A stretch of DNA of 64,000 bases from Mobula hypostoma (taxonomy: Eukaryota), in NCBI RefSeq assembly GCF_963921235.1, contig NC_086108.1:22196001-22260000 (forward strand). The letters are read 5' to 3'. Shown piece by piece: positions 13,145-27,169 of the stretch. The notes under the pieces are model-generated. The model was not told the origin of the DNA. It worked only from the letters and a program-made list of their open reading frames with translations, and ran no database searches. Both the position numbers and the translations under genes were made by a program. Every line of letters starts with the position of its first letter. Positions within the stretch are counted from its first letter, which is position 1.

Positions 13145-15930
13145 GAACATAACATAAGAAATAGGACCAGGAGTAGGTCAGGCGGCCCATCGAGTCTGCC
13201 CCACCATTCAATAAGATCGTGGCTGATCTGTCTGTAAACTCAGCTCAATCTACTTGCCTTTTCCCCATAACCCTTAATTCCCTTACGATGTAAAAACCTA
13301 TCTAACTGTTTTTTAAATATATTTAGTGAAGAAGCCTCAACTGCTTCCCTGGGCAAAGAATTCCACAGATTCACCACTCCCTTGGAAAAAGATTTAATCC
13401 TCATCTCCACCTAAATCTTCTCCCCTGAATCTTGAGGCAATGTCCCCGAGTTCGAGTCTCACCTACCAATGGAAAGAACTTTCCTACTTCTATCTTATCT
13501 ATCCCTTTTAAAATTTTGTATGTTTCTATAAGATCTCCTCTCATTCTTCTGAACTCCAGAGACTATAGTACCAGGCGATGCAATCGCTCCTCATAGGTTA
13601 ACCTCTTCATCCCTGGAATCAACCTGGTGAACCTCCTCTGCACTGCCCCCAAAGCCAGTATATCCTTCCTCAAGTATGGAGACCAGAACTGCACACAGTA
13701 CTCCAGGTGCGGCCTCACCAGTACCCTGTATAGTTGCAGCATGACCTCCCTGCTCTTGAATTCAATCCCTCTAGCATGAAGGCCAACATTCATTCTTAAT
13801 AACCAGTTGTACCTGCAAGCCAACTTTTTGCGATTCATGAACAAGCACTCCCAAGTCCCTCTGAACAACAGCATGCTGCAATCTTTCACCATTTAAATAA
13901 TAATTTGCTCTTCTATTATTCCTTCCAAAGTGGATAATCTTGCGTTTACCAACGTTGTATTCCATCTGCCAGACCTTGGCCCACTCACTTGACCTATCTA
14001 TATACCTCTGCAGACTCTCCACATCCTCTGTACAATATGCTTTTCCACGCAGTTTAGTATCATCAGCAAATTTTGCTATGCTGCACTCAGTCTCCTCTTC
14101 CAAATCATCAGTGTAAATGGTAAACAGCTGCGGGCCCAGCACCAACCCCTACAGCACCCCATTCACCACTGACTGCCAACCAGAGAAACACCCATTTATA
14201 CCAACTCTCTGCCTTCTGTTGGTTAACCAGTCCACTATCCATGCCAATACACTTCCTCCGACTCCATGCATCTGTATCTTATTTATAAGTCTCTTGTCGA
14301 ACGCCTTCTGGAAATCCAAGTATACGACATCCACCTGTTCCCCTCTATCCACTGCACTCATTATGTCCTCACTGAACTCCAATAAGTTTGTCAAACAGGA
14401 CCTGCCCTTTCTGAATCCATGCTGTGTCTGTCTAATGGAACCACTCCTTTCTAAATGTTTCGCTATTTCTTCCTTAATGACAGCTTCAAGCATTTTCCCG
14501 ACTACAGACGTTAAGCTAACTGGCCTATAGTTGCCCATCTTTTGCCTACAACCTTTTTTAAAAAGTGGCATGACATTTGCTGTCTTCCAATCCGCCGGGA
14601 CCTGCCCAGAGTCTAGAGAATTTTGATAAATAATTACCAACGCATCTACTGTAACCTCCGCCAATTCCTTCAGCACCCGGGGATGCATCCCATTGGGACC
14701 AGGGGACTTATCTACCTTCAGGTCCTCTAGTTTGCTCATCACTATCTCTTTCATGACAGTGATTCATTGGAGGTCCTCACCTCCCATTTCGTCCATAACA
14801 TCCTTCTTTGGCATATTAGACATGTCCTCCACCGTGAAGACCGACACAAAATAGTTGTTCAATGCCTCAGCCATTTCCTTATCACCCAATATCAATTTCC
14901 CCTTCCTGCCTCCAAGGGACCTACGTTGACGTTAGCCACCCTCTTCCGCTCTATATAAAAACCTTTGCTATCTGTTTTTATATTTTGTGCTAATTTACTT
15001 TCATTCTCTGTCTTCCCTTTCTTTATTTCTTGTTTAGTTCTCTGTTGCTTTTTAAGGTTTCCCAATCCCCCAGTCTCCCACTATTCTTTGCGACTTTGTA
15101 CACATGAGCTTTTAATTTGATACTATCTTTTATTTCCTTAGTTATCCAAGGCTGGCTCTCCCCACACTTACTGTCCTTACTTTTGACTGGAATATACTTT
15201 TGTTGAGCACTGTGAAAAATCTCTTTGAAAGTATTCCACTGTTCCTCAGCTGTTCTACCAAATAGCCTGTGCTCCCAATCGACATTTGCCAACTCCTCCC
15301 TCATCCCGTTGTAGTCTCCCTTGTTCATGCATAATACATTAGTTTTACAAATGTAGATCTAACTATTTCATTCTCCATCTGAATGCGAAATTTGATCATA
15401 CTATGATCACTCTTTCCAAGAAGATCCCTGACTACAAGATCGTTAATCTTACCTGTCTCATTGCACAGGACTAGATCTAAAATAGTATTTTCCCTTGTAG
15501 GTTCACTGACATGCTGCTCAAGAAAGCCATCACGGATGCATTCTATGAAGTCCTCCTCAAGACTTCCTTGATCAACTTGATTCACCCAATCTATGTGGAA
15601 GTTAAAATCCCCCATGACAACTGCCGTTCCGCTCTTACAAGCCTCAGTAATTTCTTGGTTAATCGCCCCTGCAATATTTTTATTAGGTGGCCTATAGACA
15701 ACACCCACCAGTGATTTTGTTCCTCTACTATTCTTAACTTCTACCCAGATGGACTCAACATTCTGCTCCGTAGATCTTATATCATGTCTCACAATTGCCC
15801 TGATCTCCTCTCTAATCAAGAGCACCACCACCACCACCACCTCCTCTGCCTTCCTGCCTATCTTTCTGTATTACCTGATACCCTTGGATATTTAATTCCC
15901 AGTCATCTCCACCTTGCAACCAGGTTTCTG
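13145..15930 (-). mobile_element. CR1 LINE, 5'-truncated, frameshifted
   Basis: ORF pieces 15325..15840 (APE: YRPP, GDFN, SDH), 14149..14754 (RT), 13771..14145 (FADD) and 13563..13892 (VRPHLEYCVQFWSP). AAGAACATAACATAAGAAATAGG tail. Confidence 0.92.
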
Positions 15931-17448
15931 TGTTTACATTTTTCACATTTAAAAATGTGTTTCTATGTCAACAGTCTAGGACTTCAATTACTATACTGTC
16001 ATAGCCATAAGAGGAAAGGCCGTTCTTATTAGATTACCAGATTTTATTTTGTATGGTCATAGTGAGGAAAAGACTATGAAATTCTTAAATGCAACTTGGA
16101 TATGACAATGAGAGCTTTCAAAACCACATAGGTATGTTCCTGCATCTTCTTAAATTCATGGCCCCAGGAGGCTTCAAGGAATGTAAACCAGAAATAGCAT
16201 CAGAACTATTATAGGTATCCATGGTTGTGTGAAATGTCCCGATGCCATAAATTTTAAGACTTAAGAAACAACCAGGCTTGAACCAACGTGGTAACTAATT
16301 AATGCATTGTTCTCCCAAACCACAAGAAAGTACCCCTTGATCATTCCAACCCCTATCTACAGGCTCTTAAAATGTCTTTTTTTGTCATCTCCCTCGAAAT
16401 CTTAGCAACTTTTCCTGTTGTAGGCAATCCATGCTCTTCAAGTCCTGCAAAACTTTCTGAATCTGGTCTCTTCTGCATACCAAACCATCCTATATTCGAT
16501 CCACACAATGACATCATAATTGGTGACATATTTTCTGCTGTAAGCCCCCTTTCTCTGAAATACTGTCATATGGACTGTCTTGGGTCATTTGTTCTACGCT
16601 TAAAGACATAACATAAATACAAGTTGTGTGAGCATCACTAGATCTAAGGTATACACCAGACTGACCAATTAATTTTGTAATAATTCCTGCTTTATCACTA
16701 CATGTTTAGGCTGATTGTTGCTGCATGGTAGGTTGTGAAATATTTCTGTTTAGTGTAAAAACTATATAGTGTCCAGTCAGTGGAAAAATGTCGCCCATTG
16801 ACGTCAGTACCTTGAAAGTTAGAAACTAGCAGCATTATTGATCATAGAGTCATAGAAAAGTACAGCACGGAATCAACCCTTCGACATACGCTGGTGATAT
16901 TAAACCTGATTCTGATTCTAGGCCACGCCGAACCATTTAAACTACCTACTCCCATTGACCTGCACTGGGACCACAACCCATAGAGCATAAGCAATAAGCA
17001 ATAAACTGAAAAATGTGTCAATTAGAAGACTAAGGACATCAAGTACCTATTCTGCACAGCATTCATTTGCCGCTATTAAATTGTCTTGTGACTGAATGGG
17101 AAATAGCACAACAGCTGCATACAACATGGTGTACAAATGTGAATTCCAAATTTTTCATGGGTTAGCCTATCAGTTTAGGCTTCTATTAGATGTTGAAACT
17201 AAGTTCCAAAATTCAACTATGCTAGATATGAAGTCTGAACCATTGCAGTACAGGGAGAAGGAATTAGAGCAACAAATCAATGCTGGGCATCGCACCAACT
17301 GCCAGATCAGAGCAGCAGGAATAAGAACTGATGAATGGTGTTTGGTTGCTGGATCTGGATAACCTGCATGACTGAAGGAGCTTAAGGGTAAATAAAAAAA
17401 AAGATGAACTTGGACTGAAAGAGATTTAGATGTCATCCCTGGTGAAAC

Positions 17449-18303
17449 TGTTACGTACCCCGTAACTGGGTTGCCAAACCAGCAGAAATGGATCACTCAG
17501 TTGGAGTCTGGAGTACTAGAACTAAGAAAGTTTTATTAAAGAAACAAGCAACACAGTAATCGAAAGGATAATAAATGCAACAGTTCAGTGATGATAAACA
17601 CACATGTGCACAGCATTAAGATAACAGCATCAATCAAGCTCTATCGTTGTCTAGGGGTAAATGACCAATTTCAAAATGACTCAAAGTTCAGTCCAGTTAG
17701 TAGTCCAGTTCGCAGTAATCGTGCCATGGCGATGGACAAGGTGGGGGAAGAGAGACATAGAATAGGAACAACTCATCATTCAGCACAGCTTCACTCACAG
17801 ACCAGCGAGATTGCTCACGAGCAACTTTTGGGCGGGTCCTTGGTGATGTCACCTGAGGTCACCGACTGTGACCCCTCCTCCAGATGCGGTCGATCCTCTG
17901 CAGTGAACCCAGCACCCAGGCAAGGGCGGACACACACCGGGTTCCCGCTGATCGTACCTTTCCACCCTGGTCGTTGTCTGGTACTTCTCACCCACTCGTG
18001 AGAAGCGTACCGCTTCCAGGGTCTCGTTACCTCGGGTGGCGTGTGTCGTCTTAGCGAACCTGTCCCTTTTTATCCCCCTGCTGGGGTATCGCCTGTCCAT
18101 CACTTCAAACAGTTCAGGGTTCAAAGGGGGGAGCCGCTCCAGACAGCTCTCCCTCCCACATCCCTTCATTACACATCTCCAGACGCTGCTCCATTGTTCC
18201 TTATCTCTCCTTCCCCTGAGGGCAGGTGGCAGACCAACTGCTGATGCCACTGATGCTAGCCCAGGCCAGCAAACATCTTAACTTTATGTGTATTCTCGTC
18301 ACA
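17449..18303 (-). mobile_element. Solo LTR (855 bp; Gypsy- or ERV-like)
   Basis: TGTTACG...CGTCACA inverted termini with a 4-bp AAAC TSD (17445-17448, 18304-18307). Minus-strand AATAAA near 17532 gives the orientation. GC/CpG richer than the flanks. Confidence 0.85.
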
Positions 18304-18379
18304 AAACATAAACTGCTCTTGGTGTCTTATGTGCACTTCTAACAATTATAACACATTGCTTATCTTCTCTGGTTTGTAG

Positions 18380-18467
18380 ACTCATGGCAGTGGAAGAAGA
18401 ACTGAGGAAAGATCACTCAGAAATGCAGGCGGTAATTGATGCCAAACAGAAGATTATTGAAGCCCAA
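18380..18467 (+). CDS. RASAL2: RASAL2 penultimate coding exon
   Basis: ttgtag acceptor and CAA|gtgagt donor. The phase-2 join restores R, then [29 protein letters not shown]. Confidence 0.95.
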
Positions 18468-20059
18468 GTGAGTATACTTCAGTGTTCAGTCAAATGCTTT
18501 TTATTGTGAACATTGCAATGATCACATTTCATTTTGATTCACAATGTCTACAATATGACCGCTGAATGTACTTATTTTTTTATCAGTTGTGGGAATAATG
18601 AGAAGTCTAAAGGGAATGTAGAACACTTGTTCCTGAAAGTTAATGAATAAGGAATAAAAAGACTACCATGTGAGGGGTAATGCTATGTAGTGCAGAGAGA
18701 ATCCTAGGGGTGAGATTAAGTTAATTACACAGAGAAGAAAAGTGCTTAATTGAGAATTATAATGAAACCCATGATAACCACACAAGCTTGGAAGCTGCTG
18801 GGAGTTGCTGCTGTGAAGTCAGCAGAAGTTGACTACAGGAAGAAACAAAGTACAATTGGGGATAAATTTATCTTGAGTCATTTACACAAAACACGTACTC
18901 AATTCTGCAAATTCAATTCCTTCAGCTGGTATAATATCCCAAGTTACTGATGGCACAGATATGTGGGTGGATGCTCATCTCAAAGTCAGGTATGACACTG
19001 AATTAATGAAGTGTCTCTTTCAGCCTCTGTTACTAGGAAGAAAGAATGGAGTTGTAACCTGGATCAATGTCGGTATCCTCAGTCTTCCTTAGGTTTAACC
19101 AGATGTCATCATTAAACTTCGACCAGGCAAACCGCGATGTACAATTGCTATCTATGGCTTGTTCTTGGAATGCAGGAGTCCTTCATTATATTTTGAAAAT
19201 AAAATAGCCTATAATAAAAGGGGCTCAGAAGATGAGCATTACGAGTAATTCAGAGGTTTACATAAATATACCAGGACAAGAAAAGGCTATGACTTGGTTT
19301 CAGCTTAGTTGTTGGACACTGCAGCTCACACCCTCCGCACTCCTCATATCAACTAGTTCTGAAATTACTGTGAGATTCTTTTCCAAGCACTTGCAGAAGC
19401 TGGCACCGATTATTACTGCTATCTGTCTAGTCATCTTCATCATATAGTCACTTTTCTTTAAGACATTTAGGAGTATTATTTATAACTTTCTTAATTTGTT
19501 CTAGTGTTACCTCATTGCAAGATTTTTGTGATTTATTAGTGTCTCAATTTTTGAATGGATTCTCATTTCAGTAAGAAGTGTTCAGTGTTAAGCTTGTGCA
19601 TGTTGATTTTTAGTCAGTATTGTGGTTAAATTGATCTTCATGTGTGTTTTTAATGTGTTTTTTCATTGTTTTGAGAATTATCACTGGCGAAAGCTAACTT
19701 TATTGCTCATTTGTTACATTTTTCAACAACTAGTTTCATATTCATGCTGTGGAAAGAACAAAAGATAACTATAATCCAGGGACACCAGCACCATCTACAA
19801 AACAAAAAGAATAGGCAAATGGTAACATAGCAACAAATCCAAATTAAACCAAGAACTTCCTTTTCATTGCTTATTTAACTGTTCAGTGAAATATTGATTA
19901 AGTAAGTCAAATAATTACTGAAATATTTTGCATGTGTTGAACGGTGGATGAGAGCAAAGGAAGGAATATTTTGTGCCATTCACAAACTTTTCCTTCACTG
20001 GAAATCGGTCTGAGCAGTTGAAATTTCCACATTATTGATTAATGGTTAGCCTTGAATAA

Positions 20060-21900
20060 TATTCCATGATAGCAAGGCAAGAAAGAGGACGATAGTCCAA
20101 TTGAATGCATGGTTAAGGAACTGCTGCAGAGGAGAGGACTTCAGCTATATGGAATATTGGTTTCTTTTTCGGAGCAGGTGGGACAACAATATCCTTACAT
20201 GGGGGTTTGTAAATGCTACCCAGGATGGGTTAAACAAGTGTGAAAGAGGTATAGGAACCAGAATTGTAGGTCTGTAGTGGAATGTAGAGGTTAAGTCAAG
20301 TAAGTCTGATAGGAAGTACAGGCAGAGCCAGGTTTATGAACTGTGGGGCTGATAGAGCCTAACTGTATTTGTATTAATGCAAGGCAGAGCCAGGATTAAT
20401 GCATGGAACTACAATGTCGTAGCTATTATAGAGACTTGGCTAAGAGAAAGGCAGGATTGTCAGCACATGATCCAAAGTTGATTCAGATGAGATGTAAATG
20501 GATGTATCAGAGGGGGGAGGTTGCAGTACTGATCAGGGAGATTGTCAGTGGTAGTTAAAGGTATCTGGGAGGGCTCATCCAGTGAGGCTACATGGATAGG
20601 TTTTAGGAATAAGAAAGGTGTAATCATCCTGAAGGATTATACTATAGTTCTCCCAGTATTCAGCAGGAGATAGAACAGATATGTAGGCAGATTATGGTAG
20701 GAGATTTATTGGAGAAAATTCTTAGGGGATAGGTTTTACCTGCATTTGGAAAGATACAGTCTTAATGGGGACAGTCAGCATGGCTCTGTGCAGGGACGGT
20801 CATGTCTTAGAAACTTGATTATCAAGTTTTATGAGGAGGTTAGGGCAGTGGATATTCTCTGTCTGGACTTTAGTAAAGCTTTTGACAAGCAGTGAGATCA
20901 AGAAGATTATGGCATATGGAATTCATGGTGACTTGGTAGATTGGATTCAAAATGGGTTGACCATAGAAATCAGAGGATAGTGATGAAGGGTGTTATTCTG
21001 ACTGAAGGTCTATGACCAGTGATGTTCTGAAGGGATTAGTGCTGGGAACTCTGTTATTTGTGATATAAGTGATTGGGATTAAAATGTAGGTAGGCCATTT
21101 GTAGAGGACACAGACATTGATGGGATTGTGGGTTGTGAGGAAGGTTGTCCAAGGACACAAAAAATATCAATCATTAGGAAATGTGGGTGAAGAAATAGCA
21201 GATGGAGTTTAATCTGGCCAAGTATGGAATGTTAGAGAAAAGTGTACGAGAAACAACAGGACTTCAGATGCGACATGCAGAGGTTTCTTGGAATGCAAAA
21301 CATTGCTCCCTAAAGGTGGTGACACAAGTAGCAAGGGTGGTAAAGAAGGTGCTTGTCTTCATCAGTTGGGGCATTGAGTATTACAGTAGGGAAGGCACGT
21401 TGCAATTGTATAAAACTTGGATTAGGCTATATTTGGCATATTATGTACAGTTCTGGTCACCCCATCACAAAAATGATGTAGGAGCTTTGGCGAGGGTGCA
21501 AAAGAGGTTCACTAGGATGTTGCCTGTTTGAGAGTATTAGTAATAAGGACAAGGTGGACAAATTTTTATTGCTTTCACTGGAGCATCAGAGGCTGAGGGG
21601 TGACCTGATAAAAATATAGAAGACAGAACTGTGTTTTCCCCAGGATGAAATGGTCAAATATCAGGGAGCATAGCTTTAAGGTGAGACAGAGAAAGTTTAA
21701 AGGAGATTACAAGGCAAGTTGTTTTTTTTTGCACAGAGAGGGGTAGATGCTGGGAATATACTGCCAGGGGAGGTAATGGAAACAGATATGAGAACAATGT
21801 TTAAGAAGCATTTAGATAGGCACGTGAACATTCAAGGAATGGGAGGACATAGACCATGTATATGGAATGAGTTTAATTTGGCATCATGTCAGCACAGACA
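20060..21900 (+). mobile_element. Heavily decayed CR1 (ORF1 end, APE and RT remnants with deletions)
   Basis: Remnants include GACAGTCAGCATGG, GACTTTAGTAAAGCTTTTGACAAG and ORF 21202..21531 (YYVQFWSPHHKNDV..RVQKRFTRMLP). Confidence 0.8.
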
Positions 21901-21974
21901 TCATTTATGTTCTAATTGGATTGGCAAGCTTGTATCTTTCTGCTGTTTTCTTTTATAATAGTCTTTCCTCTGAA

Positions 21975-22825
21975 TACAAGAATACTAGAAAATAGGAGCA
22001 AGAGTGGGCAATCAGGCCCTTTAAGTGTGTCCCATCATTTAAAATGATCAGGGTTGATCAATGGTGGCCTTCACTCCTCATCTATATCATTTCTCCACTG
22101 CATATATACCTCAACCTATCAAATATTTATTCACTCCCAATTTAAATTTGTCTGATGATTCAACTTCTGCCACCCACCAGGGCAAAGAATTCCAGAAATT
22201 AACCACCATCTGAAAGAAGGAATTTCTGTGAACCTCAGTTCTTAATGAGCAACCTTTTATTTTGTAGCTAATTCAAGACTCTCCCGCTAGTGGAAATGTC
22301 CCAACATCTGCTCCGTCAAGCCTCCTTAGGATCGTCATATTATATGTTTGAGTCGGGTCATCCCTTATTGTTATGAACTCCAAGGAATACAGACACAATT
22401 ATTGAGTTTTTCTTGGTAGAACAACCCCCTCATCCCGGTAATTAGCCTTGTGAATCACATTCATATTGTCTCCGATGTTTCTATGTCCTTTTTCAGGTTA
22501 GGGGAACAAAACAGTGCACAGTATTCTAAATGATGCCTCACCAACACTGTACAATTACAATACAACCTCACTGTTCTTAAATTCCAACGCCTTTACAACG
22601 AAGGACAAAATACCTCCTGCCTTCTTAAATATTGTTGAATCTGTCTAATAGTTTTTTGTGATTCATTTAATATAACATCTAGATCCCTCTGTACTTCACT
22701 CACTTTCATCTTCTCTACCTTTAGCTAATAATCTTTGTTGATTTCTCTTACTGAAGTTACTAGTAACCTTAAACTTACCCACATTAAACTCCATTTGCCA
22801 GTCATTGGCCAATCACTCCAACTAT
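21975..22825 (-). mobile_element. Decayed CR1 3' portion
   Basis: AGAAAATAGGAGCAAGAGTGGGC tail and GGGCAAAGAATTCCAGA / GCACAGTATTCTAAATG motifs matching other minus-strand CR1 copies. Confidence 0.7.
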
Positions 22826-22869
22826 CTGTTTCTGCTTCTGTCCTGTCCTCGCTCTTGTCATTTTCAGCC

Positions 22870-23155
22870 CTTATTTATTTATTTTTATTGATCTACAGCG
22901 TGGAATAGGCCCTTTCGGCCCTTCAAGCCGCGCCACCCAGCAACCCCCAATTTAAACCTTTCTAAGTGCAGGACAATTTACAATGACTAATTAACCTACC
23001 AACCAGTGTGTCTTTGGACTGTGGGAGAAAACTGGAGCATCTGGAGGAAACCCACACATTCCACAGGGAGGACATGTAGGCTCCTTACAGACAGCAGTGC
23101 AGATCGAACCCAGGTCACTGGCACTGTAAAGTGCTGTGCTATCCACAGCACTAAC
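22870..23155 (-). mobile_element. V-SINE-like SINE
   Basis: (TTTA)n tail followed by TCTTTGGACTGTGGGAG...GAGGAAACCCAC, the reverse complement of the V-domain. Confidence 0.75.
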
Positions 23156-25409
23156 ATAATTATTCCCTGTTCCCTCTAATTTCTCTTACCATTCTATCTT
23201 ATATTTTTCTTTTGTTCTCTGCTCTTCCACAAATTTTCTTTCTCCCAAAATCTCTTCCAGTTGCTCACCACCCCATTAGATGTTCTTCCCAGTGGCCCAG
23301 CTGAGAACTGCAATGTCACTTTTGGTGAGGTCACTGGTTGGGAGGTAATTCGATCAACATTGAAACACTTCCACATCCATCCTGCTTTAATTTTTTGAAT
23401 AATTAATATCTACCTTGACATGACCTTTGGCTAACATCATCGATTGTTTGGTCACCTTGTGTGTAATAATGTGCTTTATTCCCTCATTTGTGTAATCATC
23501 ACAAAGATGCTGTTTCTTCAGAAAGTAGCTACGCTTGCCAAATATTGCCCATGACATGTTCACTGTATTGATTACAGGTCAATTGTGAGGATGGGATGAG
23601 CATAACAGGCAAGTAAGATTCTGTTTTCTAGCAAAGAAGTTCACAGAGATGAGAAAACCCCACTGGTCCTTTCCTTCTCCAGCTACCATTGTATGGACTT
23701 GTCATTGCACGTTCTGCCTGTGTATATTATTTTCCTCACTGCATATATCAACACCATATATTCTTTTTTGAAAAAGAGCAATGGCAAGATCAGAGAAATT
23801 TCGAAGATGTAAATGAAGCATCACAATGCAAGTATGTGGTTCACTCATGACTACCAAACATGGTGTAACTCCATACGATTATGGTGAACACACAAAGGAT
23901 CTGAAAGGAACACATCCAAATTTTCCATTCTCTTTAACCTGTTTTCCCTCCATCTACAGATACCCTTGGCATTGATAACTCTTTGGTCAAATGGCCATTT
24001 GACATGCAGAGCTTGAAATGTGATTGCCACACAGTTCAGTTGTGGGAGATCATGAATGCCAAGGATAATTCTTTCAAGTAGACTCTCTTAATAGCCATGG
24101 GAAATGGGCCATGGGTGAGATCAATCAACAAAGGATTAGGCACCAAAGCCAGAATCCTTATAGCCTATATAAATTATTAACAGATAATGAAATGTACTGG
24201 GCCACCACACCAGTCAGGAGTCCTCCTAATTTCCAAGAGAATGTTCAAGTTCATAATCGGTTCAACAAAGCATCGTCTAAAAGATTATCATCAGAAAGCT
24301 CTAAGTTTCAAACTTTAAGTTGGTTCTTGGTTGATCTCAACTAGAGTGAAGTTAAAACACCATATTCCTCCTTTGTGCCCTTGGTTTGTGGATGTTATAA
24401 TCAGCCATTGCACTAGCTCCCAGTGGCTATCCAGTGAGAGATACTGGAAATAATTAGCTCTCATTTTCCTTGATCAAATAGCTCATCAGCATTGTCTGCA
24501 CAATACCTAAAGGGATGAATAATGAAGCTTCAAGCTTACAAGCTGATGTTCTGTCAAATGCATAATTTTATTGGAATGCCAGATATTTCGATGAATTATC
24601 TGAAACTCTGACTCTTTTCTAAAAAATATATAGAGAAGTTCATCATTTGACATAGTGATACCAGCCAAGAACATTTTTTTTCCTCTAGGAAGTGAAAGGA
24701 GCACATACTGTATAATGGAGATGAAATATTGAACTAATAGCATGCAATTTACACTCAGGGAGAGCATCACTTTTGTTTTTTTACAATTTTTGGTTCATTC
24801 TACTCATCTTCACTTACTGCCTTCGAAATTTGCATCATCTCACTTTCCCTGCCACCCAGTCATCAGAATGCTTGTGAAATCGTAACACCTTCTGTATAAA
24901 TTCAACTGGTCCCAGAAGTGGAAATTCAGTTCTTCAACGTGCTCCAATGCAAATAAAAATCTCTGTTAATATAGCCAGATGAATTCAGAGCATAAGAAAA
25001 GCACTCACCTTTATTATGTTTGAGAATTGTGCAAAATGTGCATGTTATGGAGGTGATATGTGAAACATCTGTAGGTGACGAAGCCAATGCCTTTACAGTA
25101 GATGGTGCTTATGCTGGGGTCTGCATTGCATCTTGTAATAAAGAACTTAAGCAACGGAAGAAAAAATGCCTGAGCCATTGCAATAGTCTGTACTTTGGAG
25201 GAAGTTGGATCGGAGGATTTTCTTCAGGTCTTTGTCCACTTCCTTTCTCCTTTATCTGTGTTGTGTCTTTTCTTTGCTGATAATCTCAATGAATGGTATG
25301 GATATTTGTTTCATTTTTATACTATTAAAAATCACCCAAACACTGCTGCCAGAGAAATTCAGCTCATTCCCAGCTCTCAGTACTTGACCTGCTTTCGCTT
25401 TTCTCTCAG

Positions 25410-25574
25410 GAGAAACGAATCGTCACCCTGGATTCTGCCAACTCTCGGCTGATGAATGCTCTAACACAGGTCAAGGAACGTTACAGCATGCAAACTCGCA
25501 ATGGGATCTCTCCCACCAACCCCACCAAGCTGTCAATAACAGAGAACGGGGAGTTCAAGAACAGCAGCTGTTGA
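25410..25574 (+). CDS. RASAL2: RASAL2 terminal coding exon
   Basis: ttctctcag acceptor. Encodes EKRIVTLDSANSRLMNALTQVKERYSMQTRNGISPTNPTKLSITENGEFKNSSC*. The ending matches RASAL2 rather than DAB2IP or SYNGAP1. Confidence 0.95.
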   Translation, partial: EKRIVTLDSANSRLMNALTQVKERYSMQTRNGISPTNPTKLSITENGEFKNSSC

Positions 25575-26810
25575 GGGAGAATCTAGATGTTTCTCGGCAG
25601 ACTCACATGGATTTAGCTTTCTGAATTCACTCCTGATTTATTCACAGGTGCTGCTAAGACTGTTTTATAATGCTTTGGATTGTAAAAGATTATTCATGGG
25701 GACAATGCCTAATATCATCATGTGCAGTCTGCGGAAGTCTTACTCCACTGTGGAAACTGTATGAAACCTGTACAGAAATGAAATGTAAGACTGTATTGGG
25801 GTAAATAATTTTAGAATTTAAAGTAACTTTTTTTCTAATTATTTCTGTCAGACTTCCTACTCTGCAAGAAGTTCCAAAGAAACAGTAGAGAATGGAACAA
25901 TTATTTCACAAGCAGTGGAATTTTCAAGTGTTGTGTATTTTCAAGTTTAAATATTCTGGCTTAGAGGGTGTACATATCTAACTAAGAAGCACATAGAAAG
26001 AATTTAGTCTGTTTAAAAAAAGAGAGAGATTACAGTATGTGAAGTGTCTGCTTCTTTAATTAACACACTACATTGGTTACTTGCAGGGTAAAATACCCCA
26101 TGTTAAATATGTTAAAACTAAGATATTTTACGAGTTTTTTGGCAGGAAAATCTGTCATGAACAAAGACAAGTTGTATATCACAATACCTTAGAAATAATT
26201 CTGTTTTTGAAATCAAACTTTATCACATTGAAAAGTGTTCAAGAATGCAACCATAGGAAGAAATATTTCAAAATTACTTCTTTTAGAAAACTGTATAAAG
26301 TAAAATGCTGCCGTGTGTGTGTGTGTGTGTGTGTGTGAGGAGAGAGAGAGAGATACATGATGATGATAATGACCATTTTCTGTGGTTCTACAAAACAAAG
26401 TGATTTGGGGAATGATGGTTCTGCCATAATGGATAAAGGGAACGGTAATAATGCAGAGCATGATTTGCAAGCACGCTTTACTTTCTAAAGTCAATTCATT
26501 TTCCAAATGAATCTCCTTAGTTTTTTTAACTCAATGCATCTAACTTTATTAGAATAATGTTTTGCCAAATTTGTATCTAACTAACCAATTTGAATGTCTC
26601 GTGGAGCTGTTCTGCAAGAATGTTGAAGCTAGAAAGTTTTCCCTTCCCTCCAATCAACTGCTGGTAGATTTCTGGCAGTTACTGCTGCTGTTTTTGTTTA
26701 TTGAAGATGTGAAGAGTGTGAGTTTAATCTTAAATTGTTGGCTCACTTTTGATGAGAACTGTTGCAATGAGACAAAGAAAATAAAATACTGTTCAATTTT
26801 TTTTTCTTTT
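25575..26810 (+). other. RASAL2: RASAL2 3' UTR (end uncertain); candidate poly(A) signal AATAAA 26780-26785
   Basis: AT-rich and free of recognisable TEs after the stop codon. AATAAA is followed by a T-rich tract. Confidence 0.5.
26313..26352. repeat. Compound (GT)n(GA)n microsatellite
   Basis: Seen directly. Confidence 0.95.
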
Positions 26811-27169
26811 AATATCTGTAGCTTTTCTGCATACAATCTTGCATGCTGATTTGAAAGGAAACAGCATTAAAAGATATGGCAGGGCATCTTTTTATCAGGA
26901 AAATTAAACAAAAGCTGGATGAGATCCAAAACACTGATCAGATTATCTTTAACTCAACTTTGATTCTGTCACAGCCAGTCAGTACAAGTATCTCCTGCAA
27001 CTGTTCTGCGGGTAATGTTTAAGATGAAATGTTGCACTTGACTACTGGTAGACTTCTTGTAGTTCCTGGGGCTTATTTTAAAGAGTCTAAAAGTACTTGA
27101 ACTTTGTAGTCACTTATTAAAATTGGATCTCCCTCCCTCCCTTATGATGGTAAAAGACTCTAGGGAAAA

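Noticed and set aside
11697..25574. DAB2IP or SYNGAP1 as the gene identity
   Set aside because: YEQEITKLK...[13 protein letters not shown] and the KLSITENGEFKNSSC ending fit RASAL2 better.
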